DNA from: Candidatus Omnitrophota bacterium | GTDB taxonomy: Bacteria; Omnitrophota; Gorgyraeia; Zapsychrales; JANLHA01 | Direction of reading: 5' to 3' | Length of the DNA: 64,000 nt | NCBI GenBank assembly: GCA_020632535.1 | Contig: JACKFJ010000005.1 | Location: 64,200-128,199, forward strand | Part shown: positions 56,041-64,000 of the stretch, piece after piece | Numbering within the stretch: the first letter of the stretch is position 1 | Layout: each line of letters begins with the position of its first letter | Made by a program: the position numbers and the translations under genes | Notes under the pieces: generated by a model | Told to the model about the DNA's origin: nothing | The model's database searches: none | Seen by the model: the letters and a program-made list of their open reading frames with translations, nothing else

Positions 56041-56900
56041 TAAAACTCTACGCCGACTTTCATGCCGATTTCGGTCGCGGTATTCTTAGGTTCATAAACC
56101 GTTGCCGTGACGACTCCAGAATATTTTACGATCGTTAAATCCGAATCATCGATATTCCAATAACTCACGTAAGGTTCAAAAAGATAATTTTTATCTTCCA
56201 TCGCTTTGCGAACTTTGATCGAAGCCTTAAAGCCATATCCATTGCTTTGATCATTCGTTACGTCGGAATAACGCGGGTCCAAATCACTCAAATAGGTCAT
56301 TTGACGCCCCAGCCAAAAAATATCGTATTCCATATTCAACCCAGCTGACCAGCCCTGACTCATCGGCGTACTGGTTTCAAAACCAATAGGTGTATACAAA
56401 TAATTGGAAATGCGTCGATATCCAGCATTATCCTTCGACAAATCGTCCTTCAAATAACGAAAACCTAAACCAATAAAAGGGGTAATCGTCGTGTCAGAAA
56501 AAATCTTAAAATCATATCCGGCCAAGCCGCGAAATTCGCTTAAGATATCGCGAACATTATCAATTTTGTAAGCATTGCCATCAAAAAGATGACCATCATA
56601 ATCCACACGCCCAAAGATGATACGGCCTTCGATTTTAAACATGGATTGAGATAAACTTTCTATAAAAGCTTCTCCCCGATAGGTATACGCGCCGCTTAAA
56701 CCGTACAAAAATCCGGTTTCTTTCATCTGGTCTTCTTTGTAAGTAAAATAATTGATTTCCGGCGCCAATGTAATCGTGTGCATCTTAGGCTCCATCGCGT
56801 GGGCCACAACAGGACACAAAGTAAAAACCAAAAGCAAAACAACAGCTTTAACGCGTTGAACGGTAACAAACATAAAACCTCCTCGAATTAATAAGAACAT
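56040..56900 (-). CDS. Outer-membrane beta-barrel protein (hypothetical)
   Basis: 286-aa ORF with a signal peptide (…VVAHA), alternating aromatic/Gly strand pattern and a C-terminal …VGVEF. Confidence 0.55.
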   Translation of the reverse strand: MFLLIRGGFMFVTVQRVKAVVLLLVFTLCPVVAHAMEPKMHTITLAPEINYFTYKEDQMKETGFLYGLSGAYTYRGEAFIESLSQSMFKIEGRIIFGRVDYDGHLFDGNAYKIDNVRDILSEFRGLAGYDFKIFSDTTITPFIGLGFRYLKDDLSKDNAGYRRISNYLYTPIGFETSTPMSQGWSAGLNMEYDIFWLGRQMTYLSDLDPRYSDVTNDQSNGYGFKASIKVRKAMEDKNYLFEPYVSYWNIDDSDLTIVKYSGVVTATVYEPKNTATEIGMKVGVEF

Positions 56901-56982
56901 GGGGGAATAGGGGATGCCGTAAGGGTAAGAACACTTTATAGCATGAAGCGTTTTTTATGGCAAGGAGATTGTCGAGGGGCGC

Positions 56983-57702
56983 CTAAATCTTTAATTTATC
57001 ATACAATGCCGCGCCAGTCTCAACGAGCTGGCTCACTTTTTGCATGTCTAATGACTTTTTGACCATCATATCAGATTTGAAATGAATATCTGATAATATT
57101 AACGCGTTGCCCTTTGCGTCTAAACTAATCCCGCCCTTGTCAGCAATCACGGAACCAACTTCGGACTTGATTGAAATGAGTTGATCCCTTTGTTCTGGGG
57201 CGACATAAACTCGAAAATTTTTATTCAACCCAAAAAGTTGTGAGTCAATTTGTTTAATATCTGGATAAGGCAAACTGTCCGAAAGGGTCTCGAACATTTT
57301 AGATATAAAAGCCGGACTGTCTTCTGGATAACTATCAACTGTAAAGCGCGGCAGTTGCAATTGACCTGAAATCAAACAAACCAAAAAAGCATTTCCTCCT
57401 CGACCTCTGCCACTTGCGCTGGCAAAGTGATAATCACAAAAATAAAGATCACATTCGTTTTGGGAAGAAGATTTTTTGTACAAATTTAGAAGAAGCCGCT
57501 TGCCGGGAACACGGGTATTAACGATTTGCAGATGTTGCAATAAAGAATCTTTGATCGATTGATCAACACAACGCGCAAATCCGAGTGAACCTAACTGATC
57601 ATTGAGTTTCTTTTCCGCAACTTTGGAACTTAAAACGGTCAGATACACTAAAAGTCCAGCAAAAGCAGCAAAGCCAAGTAGAATCAATAACGTTGTATTC
57701 AT
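56983..57702 (-). CDS. Hypothetical membrane-anchored protein
   Basis: 239-aa ORF with a single N-terminal TM helix. No motif recognised. Confidence 0.45.
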   Translation of the reverse strand: MNTTLLILLGFAAFAGLLVYLTVLSSKVAEKKLNDQLGSLGFARCVDQSIKDSLLQHLQIVNTRVPGKRLLLNLYKKSSSQNECDLYFCDYHFASASGRGRGGNAFLVCLISGQLQLPRFTVDSYPEDSPAFISKMFETLSDSLPYPDIKQIDSQLFGLNKNFRVYVAPEQRDQLISIKSEVGSVIADKGGISLDAKGNALILSDIHFKSDMMVKKSLDMQKVSQLVETGAALYDKLKI

Positions 57703-57736
57703 TTTATAACCCTTTCTTTAAATTCTTCCACGCGAA

Positions 57737-58249
57737 TTATATCCCCTCATAAAATCCTGAGCCAATGATTTTAATGGAGGTTTCGGTAACACAAAGGGCA
57801 ATTTGACTTTTGAATGTACCAGATCCATATCCATTGGGACAAACAAGAAGATTCAGTGTACCTGGATCTGGGATTAACAATTCATGATCATTTCGCCCAA
57901 CCATAAAATGATATTGCTGTGCCGGAAGCAGCGCTGCTCCATATCCACTGATATAAAAATGACTATTAGGCGCCGAGGCTGGATTATCAATACCCAAAGG
58001 GCTAAAATCAAAATTAGGCCCGGATCCTAATCCTTGTATACATGCACTGTAACTGCGCGTCATCAAATAGCAGCGATCCATTGCTCCTCGAATCATCGAC
58101 AACATGGCAATGCCTTCCGTACCACGCGCACGCTCAATGACTTTAGCAAACTTAGGAATAGCTAAACTTGTTAAAACTCAAACAATAACAACCACAATGA
58201 TCAACTCGAGAATCGTAAAGCCGCGATAATTAGATTTTTGTATCGACAT
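57737..58249 (-). pseudogene. Type IV pilin/pseudopilin-like gene interrupted by one in-frame TGA (58178-58180) at the conserved Gly14 position
   Basis: Translated by hand from ATG 58249: MSIQKSNYRG|FTILELIIVVVIV*VLTSLAIPKFAKVIERARGTEGIAMLSMIRG… It continues in the same frame into the track ORF 57737..58105. Confidence 0.6.
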
Positions 58250-58319
58250 TGCTTCGCATTTTCCTCTTTATAAGAAATAGCACGTTTGAAATATACAAAA
58301 TAGAAAAAACTTACAAATT

Positions 58320-59000
58320 TTATTTACGAACTAAATTGGCAGGGGTCGACGTCTTCTCTTTTTTGACTTCTTTAACTTCACTCTCTAACGGTTTGTCGAG
58401 AATGGTCACGCGACGGCCTTTGATTTTGAGGCGATTCTCCGCCAAGAGGGCAACTGCTTGTGGATACAGGCGATGCTCGACGCGATGAATCTTCTCCGCA
58501 AGAGTTTCGAGAGTATCTTCTTCATTGATTTTGACGCTGTCTTGCAAGATGATCGGGCCATTATCGAGCTTTTCATTAACGAAATGAATCGTCACACCCG
58601 TCTGCTTAACGCCGTATGTAAACGCGTCCTTGATGCCATTGGCACCCTTAAAAGATGGCAACAGCGACGGATGAACATTGAGGATCTTATTAGGATAATT
58701 TTTAATAAAGTAGGGTGTCAAAAGCCGCATGTATCCGGCCAAAACAATAAAATCAATTTTGTGGTTCTTAAGTTCAATAACAATGTCACGGTCAACACTT
58801 TGACGATTGGTATAATTATGCGGATCAAAAACGAGAGTTTTGATGCCAGCTTTTTCAGCGCGTTTAAGGCCAAAAGCTTTTTGATTGCTGGAAATAACTA
58901 AAGCAAGCTGTGCTTTGATCTCGCCTTTGGTATGACTATCAATGATGGCTTGTAAATTGCTGCCATTGCCGGAAATAAATACTGCAAATTTTTGTGTCAT
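58320..59000 (-). CDS. purN: Phosphoribosylglycinamide formyltransferase PurN with a short C-terminal extension
   Basis: The track ORF 58320..59135 is an upstream over-extension. The start is ATG 59000 (GAGGA RBS; MTQKFAVFISGNGSNLQAII…NVHPSLLP…). Confidence 0.85.
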   Translation of the reverse strand: MTQKFAVFISGNGSNLQAIIDSHTKGEIKAQLALVISSNQKAFGLKRAEKAGIKTLVFDPHNYTNRQSVDRDIVIELKNHKIDFIVLAGYMRLLTPYFIKNYPNKILNVHPSLLPSFKGANGIKDAFTYGVKQTGVTIHFVNEKLDNGPIILQDSVKINEEDTLETLAEKIHRVEHRLYPQAVALLAENRLKIKGRRVTILDKPLESEVKEVKKEKTSTPANLVRK

Positions 59001-59016
59001 ATTATTCCTCAAAAGT

Positions 59017-59508
59017 TTATCCACAAGGTTGTTGAGCGTCCTGACAAATGACGGCTTCAAAATTAACTGTTTGCGATGGCTGATCTTCAAATGTAAATTG
59101 TAATTCACCTGTGAGCTTATTCGTGACATCATCACGCGATTGAATGGTCAAAATCGCATTGTGGGGTACTTGAAATTTTCCTTCCGCATACGCAAAGCTG
59201 ATTTGATTAACCATTTGATTCGTTAAATCAATGTGGTAAACACCCGTGTCGAGTTGTGTCATGGAACGGTCATTAATCGCGATCCGCAAAAACGGATACG
59301 GTGCTTTAAATATATCGCATTCCATTTTTTGGGGCGTCAAAATGATTTCAGTAGCCTCGCCATCCCAAGGGGCACACGCACCGCGGACAACGCCAAAAGT
59401 AAGACCGGAAATGCTAGGAATAGTATCTTCTGCTTGAATGGGAGCAATCAATGACAAAGCTATTGCCAAAAAAATAAAGAATTTAATCGTAAATTTAGAT
59501 TTTTGCAT
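59017..59508 (-). CDS. Hypothetical secreted protein
   Basis: 163-aa ORF with a signal peptide (…LIAPIQA). No motif recognised. Confidence 0.45.
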   Translation of the reverse strand: MQKSKFTIKFFIFLAIALSLIAPIQAEDTIPSISGLTFGVVRGACAPWDGEATEIILTPQKMECDIFKAPYPFLRIAINDRSMTQLDTGVYHIDLTNQMVNQISFAYAEGKFQVPHNAILTIQSRDDVTNKLTGELQFTFEDQPSQTVNFEAVICQDAQQPCG

Positions 59509-59524
59509 AAAACCTCTGAAAATT

Positions 59525-59555
59525 TGTCATTCCCGCAATCTTTTGGCAGGAACCC
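59525..59555. repeat. REP-like hairpin repeat, family A (copy 3, inverted, diverged)
   Basis: TGTCATTCCCGCAATCTTTTGGCAGGAACCC aligns (~75% by eye) with the reverse complement of the 56005-56040 copy. It lies just 3' of the MFS gene. Confidence 0.45.
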
Positions 59556-59633
59556 ACAATACACGAACACAAATCCTCAATAAAGACATTTGACGATGAC
59601 ATATAAGTAGGGGCTGTCCCGACTTTCATACCA

Positions 59634-60923
59634 CTAACTATGCATCTTTTCGGTCAAAAAGGCAAGATCACCGCCATGACGATAGCGCACAATGCCCGCG
59701 ATTCCAACAATGGTAAAAATGGCTCCGACCGAAACCAAAATCCAAAACACATCCACCCGTTCTGCCAGCCATGAACTAAGCAACATCGACACCAAAAACG
59801 CGAAATGGATGACAATTTCGAGCGCGCTAAAAACCTTGCCTTGCATTTTCGCGTCACTGGCCACATGGATAATGGTATTCGAAGCAATAAAAATCGGACC
59901 AATCACAACGCCTAAAAGAAAAGCCAAAGCTCCCGCAAGAGCAACACTAGGATAGCGCTGCACCACCGTCGCAAAAATAATCACCATTAATCCACCTGCA
60001 ATTAAACTAAAGAATATCGTGCGCGACCAAAGAACTTTCTTTCCCCAGCGCCCATACATGAGCGCCCCTAAAAAAAGTCCAGCACCAAGAAGAACCGCGA
60101 GCACACCCAGATCACGCGTCACAGTATTAAATGCCCTCTGAATAAAGACAATAATGACAACATAGATCGCGCCCGCCGCAGAAAGCAGAATAAAAAACAT
60201 ATTCATAACAAAACGAATTTGCCTCTGGCTAATCAGATAGAGAAATCCTTCTTTGATTTCCGCGAAAAAAGATTTTTCGATCTCAAGGATTTCTTTGCCC
60301 TTTTCGATGATTTTTACCTTGCTGATATCAATATTAAATTTAGGTTTCATAGACATGATGATCAAAGCTGACACAAGATATGTGATGGCATCCCCAATAA
60401 ATCCGGCCTTCGCGCCAACTTTATCGACGAGAAACCCACCAAACGCGCAGCCCATCACAAAAGCCAACATCCCGGTTGTCGTTAACAAGGAGTTGGCCAT
60501 CATAATATTTTCGGCGGGAACAATTTCGGGGACAATCGACATCTTGGCCGGAACATAAAAGCGGCTAAAACAAAAAATCAGAAAAACAACAATATAAATT
60601 TCGATGATGGATGGTTTGTGGAAAAATATAAATGGAATTGCTAAAACCAAAAACCCACGCAGTAAATCACAAACAAAAAGGGTTTTGCGTTTATCCCAGC
60701 GATCGATGTACACCCCAGCTATCGGCCCGACGATAAAAACAGGAATGATTGTAAAAGACAATAGTTTGGCAAGACTGTACGCGGACGTAGCGCCATTGGC
60801 ACGTTCAGCAATCAGACCGATCAAGGCCATTTGATTTAAACGATCGCCGAACTGCGAGATAAGCTGCGCCCACCAGAAGCGCATAAATTGCTGATTTTTG
60901 CTGTCGGTAAAGAATCGGAACAT
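59634..60923 (-). CDS. MFS transporter
   Basis: 429-aa ORF with ~12 TM helices. A DRWDKRK-type loop after TM2 is typical of MFS_1. Confidence 0.75.
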   Translation of the reverse strand: MFRFFTDSKNQQFMRFWWAQLISQFGDRLNQMALIGLIAERANGATSAYSLAKLLSFTIIPVFIVGPIAGVYIDRWDKRKTLFVCDLLRGFLVLAIPFIFFHKPSIIEIYIVVFLIFCFSRFYVPAKMSIVPEIVPAENIMMANSLLTTTGMLAFVMGCAFGGFLVDKVGAKAGFIGDAITYLVSALIIMSMKPKFNIDISKVKIIEKGKEILEIEKSFFAEIKEGFLYLISQRQIRFVMNMFFILLSAAGAIYVVIIVFIQRAFNTVTRDLGVLAVLLGAGLFLGALMYGRWGKKVLWSRTIFFSLIAGGLMVIIFATVVQRYPSVALAGALAFLLGVVIGPIFIASNTIIHVASDAKMQGKVFSALEIVIHFAFLVSMLLSSWLAERVDVFWILVSVGAIFTIVGIAGIVRYRHGGDLAFLTEKMHS

Positions 60924-60929
60924 GAAGTT

Positions 60930-62735
60930 TTACGGTGCTATACTGCGTCGAGCCATGCTACCCAAATGCTTTGCGGCAAGACGATCCAGGTCATCTGGAC
61001 CCGACTTTAAGGCCAAAACGCGCTCATATAAAGTGATCGCCTTATCACGCTCGCCAGTCATCGCGTATGTTGATGCCAGATTAAAAATTGCTTCTTTCAA
61101 ATTGCCATCGAGTAAAATAGCTTTTTCATAATAATTGATCGCATCATTGGGCTTGCCCAATTTTGAAAAAATCACGCCCAAGCTGTAATATGCCCGCGCA
61201 TTGTCCGGCTGACTACGCACGATCCGATCATATTTCGATACCATAAAAAGCAATGTCGAACGAATATTCTCGTCGAGAAGAGCCTTATGCTCGCCCGAAT
61301 CAGTAATTTTTTCGTATTCACGCAAGCCATCCCAAAATTTTCCCTGATCGCATAGCGCCTTACCATAACCGATGCGCGCCCGCACATTAAACGGCTCCAC
61401 ATCCAAAACTTTTTTAAAATTAATCTCCGCCTCTTGAAAGCGATTTCGCTTCGCGTACGACAAAGCCAAAGAACTGCGGATGCGGGTATTGGCGGGATTG
61501 ATCTTTAACGTGCGTTCAAACATCGCGATTTCATTACTTGAATAAATATTGTACTGAATGGTCATAAGAATTAAGAAAACAAACATCCCCATGGTTCCAA
61601 AACGAACAATATTAGGCGAAATGCTCTTACGTTGCAAATTCCATGTTTTAAAATGCTCATACGACATGACGGCTATGACAAAAAACCCCACACTGGGCGT
61701 ATAAAGAAAATGTTCGGCGCTCGAAATATATCCGGGCTGAACTCCGACGGTGCTGATGATTTGTGAGACAGGAAATAATTCGATAAAAAACCAGCTGATA
61801 AAAAATGCCTGCAAGCCAGAGATTTCTTTTCGCTTTTTCCACAAAACGACGACCACAAAGCTCCAAAATAATAACGTCCCTATGGCTTCAGGATTTAGAA
61901 GGGAAATAAAAATCTGCTGTGAACGATCAAAGTAAAGATCCAGAGGAAAAACCAAAAGCCGTAAATCCGTCATAACGCTTCTTAAAAAAGTCGTAAATCC
62001 CAATATCATTTCATTAACAGAGCGCCACGGAAAAGTCTTGGTTATCCCCAGCGTAAAGCGAACCATGATGTACGCACCAACGATCATGGCATACGGCATA
62101 AATATTGTTACCAGACGGGAAAAATTAAAACTTTCTTTCCGTTTCATAAAGAAAATATAACTAAAGAGCAAAAGCGGTAAAACACCCGCTGATTCCTTGC
62201 AAAGCAGTGCAAAAGCAAAAAATACCAGTGAAAGGTACGAAAAATATTTCTTACGATCCACAAGCAAAAAACAATAAAACGACGCGAAATAATAACACGC
62301 AGACAAAAGGATCGCGCGGCCTGAAATATTAGAAATCGCTTCCCAGTGAATCGGATGCAAAGCAAAAAGAAACGCGACACCCATCGCGATTTTCCGACGA
62401 TCAGTCAAATGAAAAACAATTCCAAAAATCAAAAAGGTATTGATGACATGAATCAGGATATTATCAATATAGTAAGGAACAGGATTGAGCTTAAAAAGAA
62501 AATATTCCTTCATAAAGCTCACGGTCACAAACGGACGATAATACGAATCACCGCCAAAAAATGAGCTTGTCATGACATCCGGCAAATTCTTAAAACTGCG
62601 AATTTTTTCATTACGGACAATTGAATAATCATCGTCCATGGTTTTAAACGCGTCGTTAACACCGAACGAATATACAGCAAATGTCATCACCGCTAATAAG
62701 ATTAACCCGACGATTGTTTTACGTTGTTCGCTCAT
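60930..62735 (-). CDS. Polytopic membrane protein with C-terminal TPR repeats (PMT/GT39-like architecture)
   Basis: 601-aa ORF with ~11 TM helices followed by TPR motifs (…ARAYYSLGVIFSKLGKPNDAINYYEKAILLD…). Confidence 0.6.
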   Translation of the reverse strand: MSEQRKTIVGLILLAVMTFAVYSFGVNDAFKTMDDDYSIVRNEKIRSFKNLPDVMTSSFFGGDSYYRPFVTVSFMKEYFLFKLNPVPYYIDNILIHVINTFLIFGIVFHLTDRRKIAMGVAFLFALHPIHWEAISNISGRAILLSACYYFASFYCFLLVDRKKYFSYLSLVFFAFALLCKESAGVLPLLLFSYIFFMKRKESFNFSRLVTIFMPYAMIVGAYIMVRFTLGITKTFPWRSVNEMILGFTTFLRSVMTDLRLLVFPLDLYFDRSQQIFISLLNPEAIGTLLFWSFVVVVLWKKRKEISGLQAFFISWFFIELFPVSQIISTVGVQPGYISSAEHFLYTPSVGFFVIAVMSYEHFKTWNLQRKSISPNIVRFGTMGMFVFLILMTIQYNIYSSNEIAMFERTLKINPANTRIRSSLALSYAKRNRFQEAEINFKKVLDVEPFNVRARIGYGKALCDQGKFWDGLREYEKITDSGEHKALLDENIRSTLLFMVSKYDRIVRSQPDNARAYYSLGVIFSKLGKPNDAINYYEKAILLDGNLKEAIFNLASTYAMTGERDKAITLYERVLALKSGPDDLDRLAAKHLGSMARRSIAP

Positions 62736-64000
62736 TTTGCCTGCTCTTTTTGGTTGAGATATTTTTCTACCGCTCTTAAATTGATATTGTTACCGAACAT
62801 CTGCACTGCTTGCGTCAAAATTGCCCTTGCCTGCACCAAGTCGCCGGATTCAATATAAATATGAATCATATACACGTAAGCCGACGACAAACCTGAATCA
62901 AACTTGAGAGCTTGTCGCGCGTAAGCAAGGGCTGTAGGGTAATCCTTCTTCGTAATATAGTTTTTCGAAAGGTCAAGATAGATAATCGCAAGCCCCGGAC
63001 TAAGATCGCGGGCCTTTTCCAAATAGCCGATGGCGACGTCGGGGTCTTCAACCAATCTACCTAAAAGATGATATGTCATAAATTTTTCTTTGTCACCAGA
63101 AATAAAGGGATTATTAATCGCTACCTTTAGGTGCATCCGCAAATACTTGGCAGCTTCTTCATAATTTCCAGCACGATAATAATCATGCCCTAAAATCCAG
63201 GAGGGACGAGAACTATCCGGATACCGGCGCAGCATTTCTTGGCAAGCGACAAAATTATTTTTAAAAAACGCATTGTTCGCGATCGTTAAAGCCATAAGAA
63301 GTCCAATCAAAGTCGCCTGAAACAGCGCGCTAATATTGGAAGCATCATTTTTACGATTGAGCCACGCGGCAATGGCCTTAACGGCAATGGCGACAAGCAA
63401 GAAAAACCCGATCGACGGCAAATATAAAAAACGAAATGCTAATGGATTAAGAAGCGGCACAAACCCAGAAACAAGCACATACTGAATATAAAACCAAACC
63501 AAGCCAAATGTGATCAATTTATTCCGACGATAAAAATAAAACCCCAAAGCCGCGGAAAGCAAAGTCACGCAAACAGGGACAAATAATTCCATCGGATACA
63601 ACGGAAATATCGGCGGAGCGTACAGCGGTGGAAGAACCGTGACTTTAAAAGGTAAAATCAAAACACTCACATAGGCGGTAAAGATTTTGAGCATCAACAC
63701 AAATTTTGCGATGCCGATTTGTGCCCGTGGCGTAAATTGTGGATAAAACGCGTTGGGCATTAAAACAAAATACACGTACATATAAAACAACGTAATTAAT
63801 CCCAGCATGACATAAATCCACACTTTATTACGAATGATATCAATGGTTTTACGGGTATTTTTCTGATTTAGGAAAAATCGGTCGATTATCAAAACAACAA
63901 ACGGAAACGTTAAGGCCGTTTCCTTGGAAAACAAAGCACAAAAATAAGAAAGACATGCCACAATCAACCATTTGCCCTTTTTTTCGACCGCGTTGTAACG
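62732..64000 (-). CDS. Paralogous TPR-tailed polytopic membrane protein, partial (N-terminus beyond window end)
   Basis: The track start 63967 is TTG. The frame stays open to base 64000 (…RYNAVEKKGKW-LIVACLSYF…) and aligns with an internal region of the 601-aa paralogue. 4-nt overlap with the downstream gene. Confidence 0.6.
   Translation of the reverse strand, partial: RYNAVEKKGKWLIVACLSYFCALFSKETALTFPFVVLIIDRFFLNQKNTRKTIDIIRNKVWIYVMLGLITLFYMYVYFVLMPNAFYPQFTPRAQIGIAKFVLMLKIFTAYVSVLILPFKVTVLPPLYAPPIFPLYPMELFVPVCVTLLSAALGFYFYRRNKLITFGLVWFYIQYVLVSGFVPLLNPLAFRFLYLPSIGFFLLVAIAVKAIAAWLNRKNDASNISALFQATLIGLLMALTIANNAFFKNNFVACQEMLRRYPDSSRPSWILGHDYYRAGNYEEAAKYLRMHLKVAINNPFISGDKEKFMTYHLLGRLVEDPDVAIGYLEKARDLSPGLAIIYLDLSKNYITKKDYPTALAYARQALKFDSGLSSAYVYMIHIYIESGDLVQARAILTQAVQMFGNNINLRAVEKYLNQKEQAK

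Noticed and set aside
57737-58249. Alternative genetic code (UGA = Gly or Trp), suggested by the in-frame TGA at a conserved Gly in the pilin gene.
   Set aside because: - Very long ORFs (1053, 795, 788 and 707 aa) are intact under the standard code.
- TGA serves as a stop in tightly coupled ATGA junctions (hsdM/hsdS at 45407-45410) and ends cusA and the Cro-like gene.
- A recoded genome would show many in-frame TGAs. I found only this one.

Overview
This is 64 kb from a diderm-type bacterium (TolC-like, porin and beta-barrel outer-membrane genes). I make no taxonomic call. All protein-family calls come from motifs read by eye in the ORF translations. No database search was possible.

The flanks are ordinary chromosome.
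- Left flank: lipase, CNNM, mgtE, a membrane/spermidine-synthase fusion, a heavy-metal RND efflux triad, a HEPN/MNT pair, an ApbE/FMN-binding/porin cluster and an acyltransferase.
- Right flank: ftsB, eno, ftsH, purN, an MFS transporter and TPR membrane proteins.

The centre (23221-51375) is a ~28-kb integrative island inserted in the initiator tRNA-Met gene. It is bounded by a 47-bp direct repeat and by a second 24-nt repeat just inside each end. It has two parts.
- Mobility/replication module: tyrosine integrase, two excisionase-type HTH genes, a serine recombinase, a PriCT-like protein next to three iterons, a Cro-like repressor with operator, and higBA.
- AT-rich defence module.

The most notable locus is a 12-kb array of seven same-strand genes with 2-nt gaps or overlaps: hsdR, hsdM, hsdS with a C-terminal Panacea/DUF4065-like domain, an Mrr-family nuclease, a DUF2779 Cas4-like nuclease, and two tandem reverse transcriptases (DRT type 3-like) followed by a structured 3' tail.

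Two aspects of this array look undescribed.
- The antitoxin-type domain on the type I specificity subunit is translationally coupled to the Mrr nuclease.
- The two-RT system has a coupled extra nuclease.

Other points worth a look:
- a zinc-ribbon-array nuclease and a DUF1016_N-SNase fusion just outside the island
- a structured orphan RNA-like region containing a third tRNA fragment
- three small paralogous genes with a conserved upstream motif
- two HEPN-like orphans
- a pilin gene with an in-frame TGA at the conserved Gly
- two REP-like repeat families
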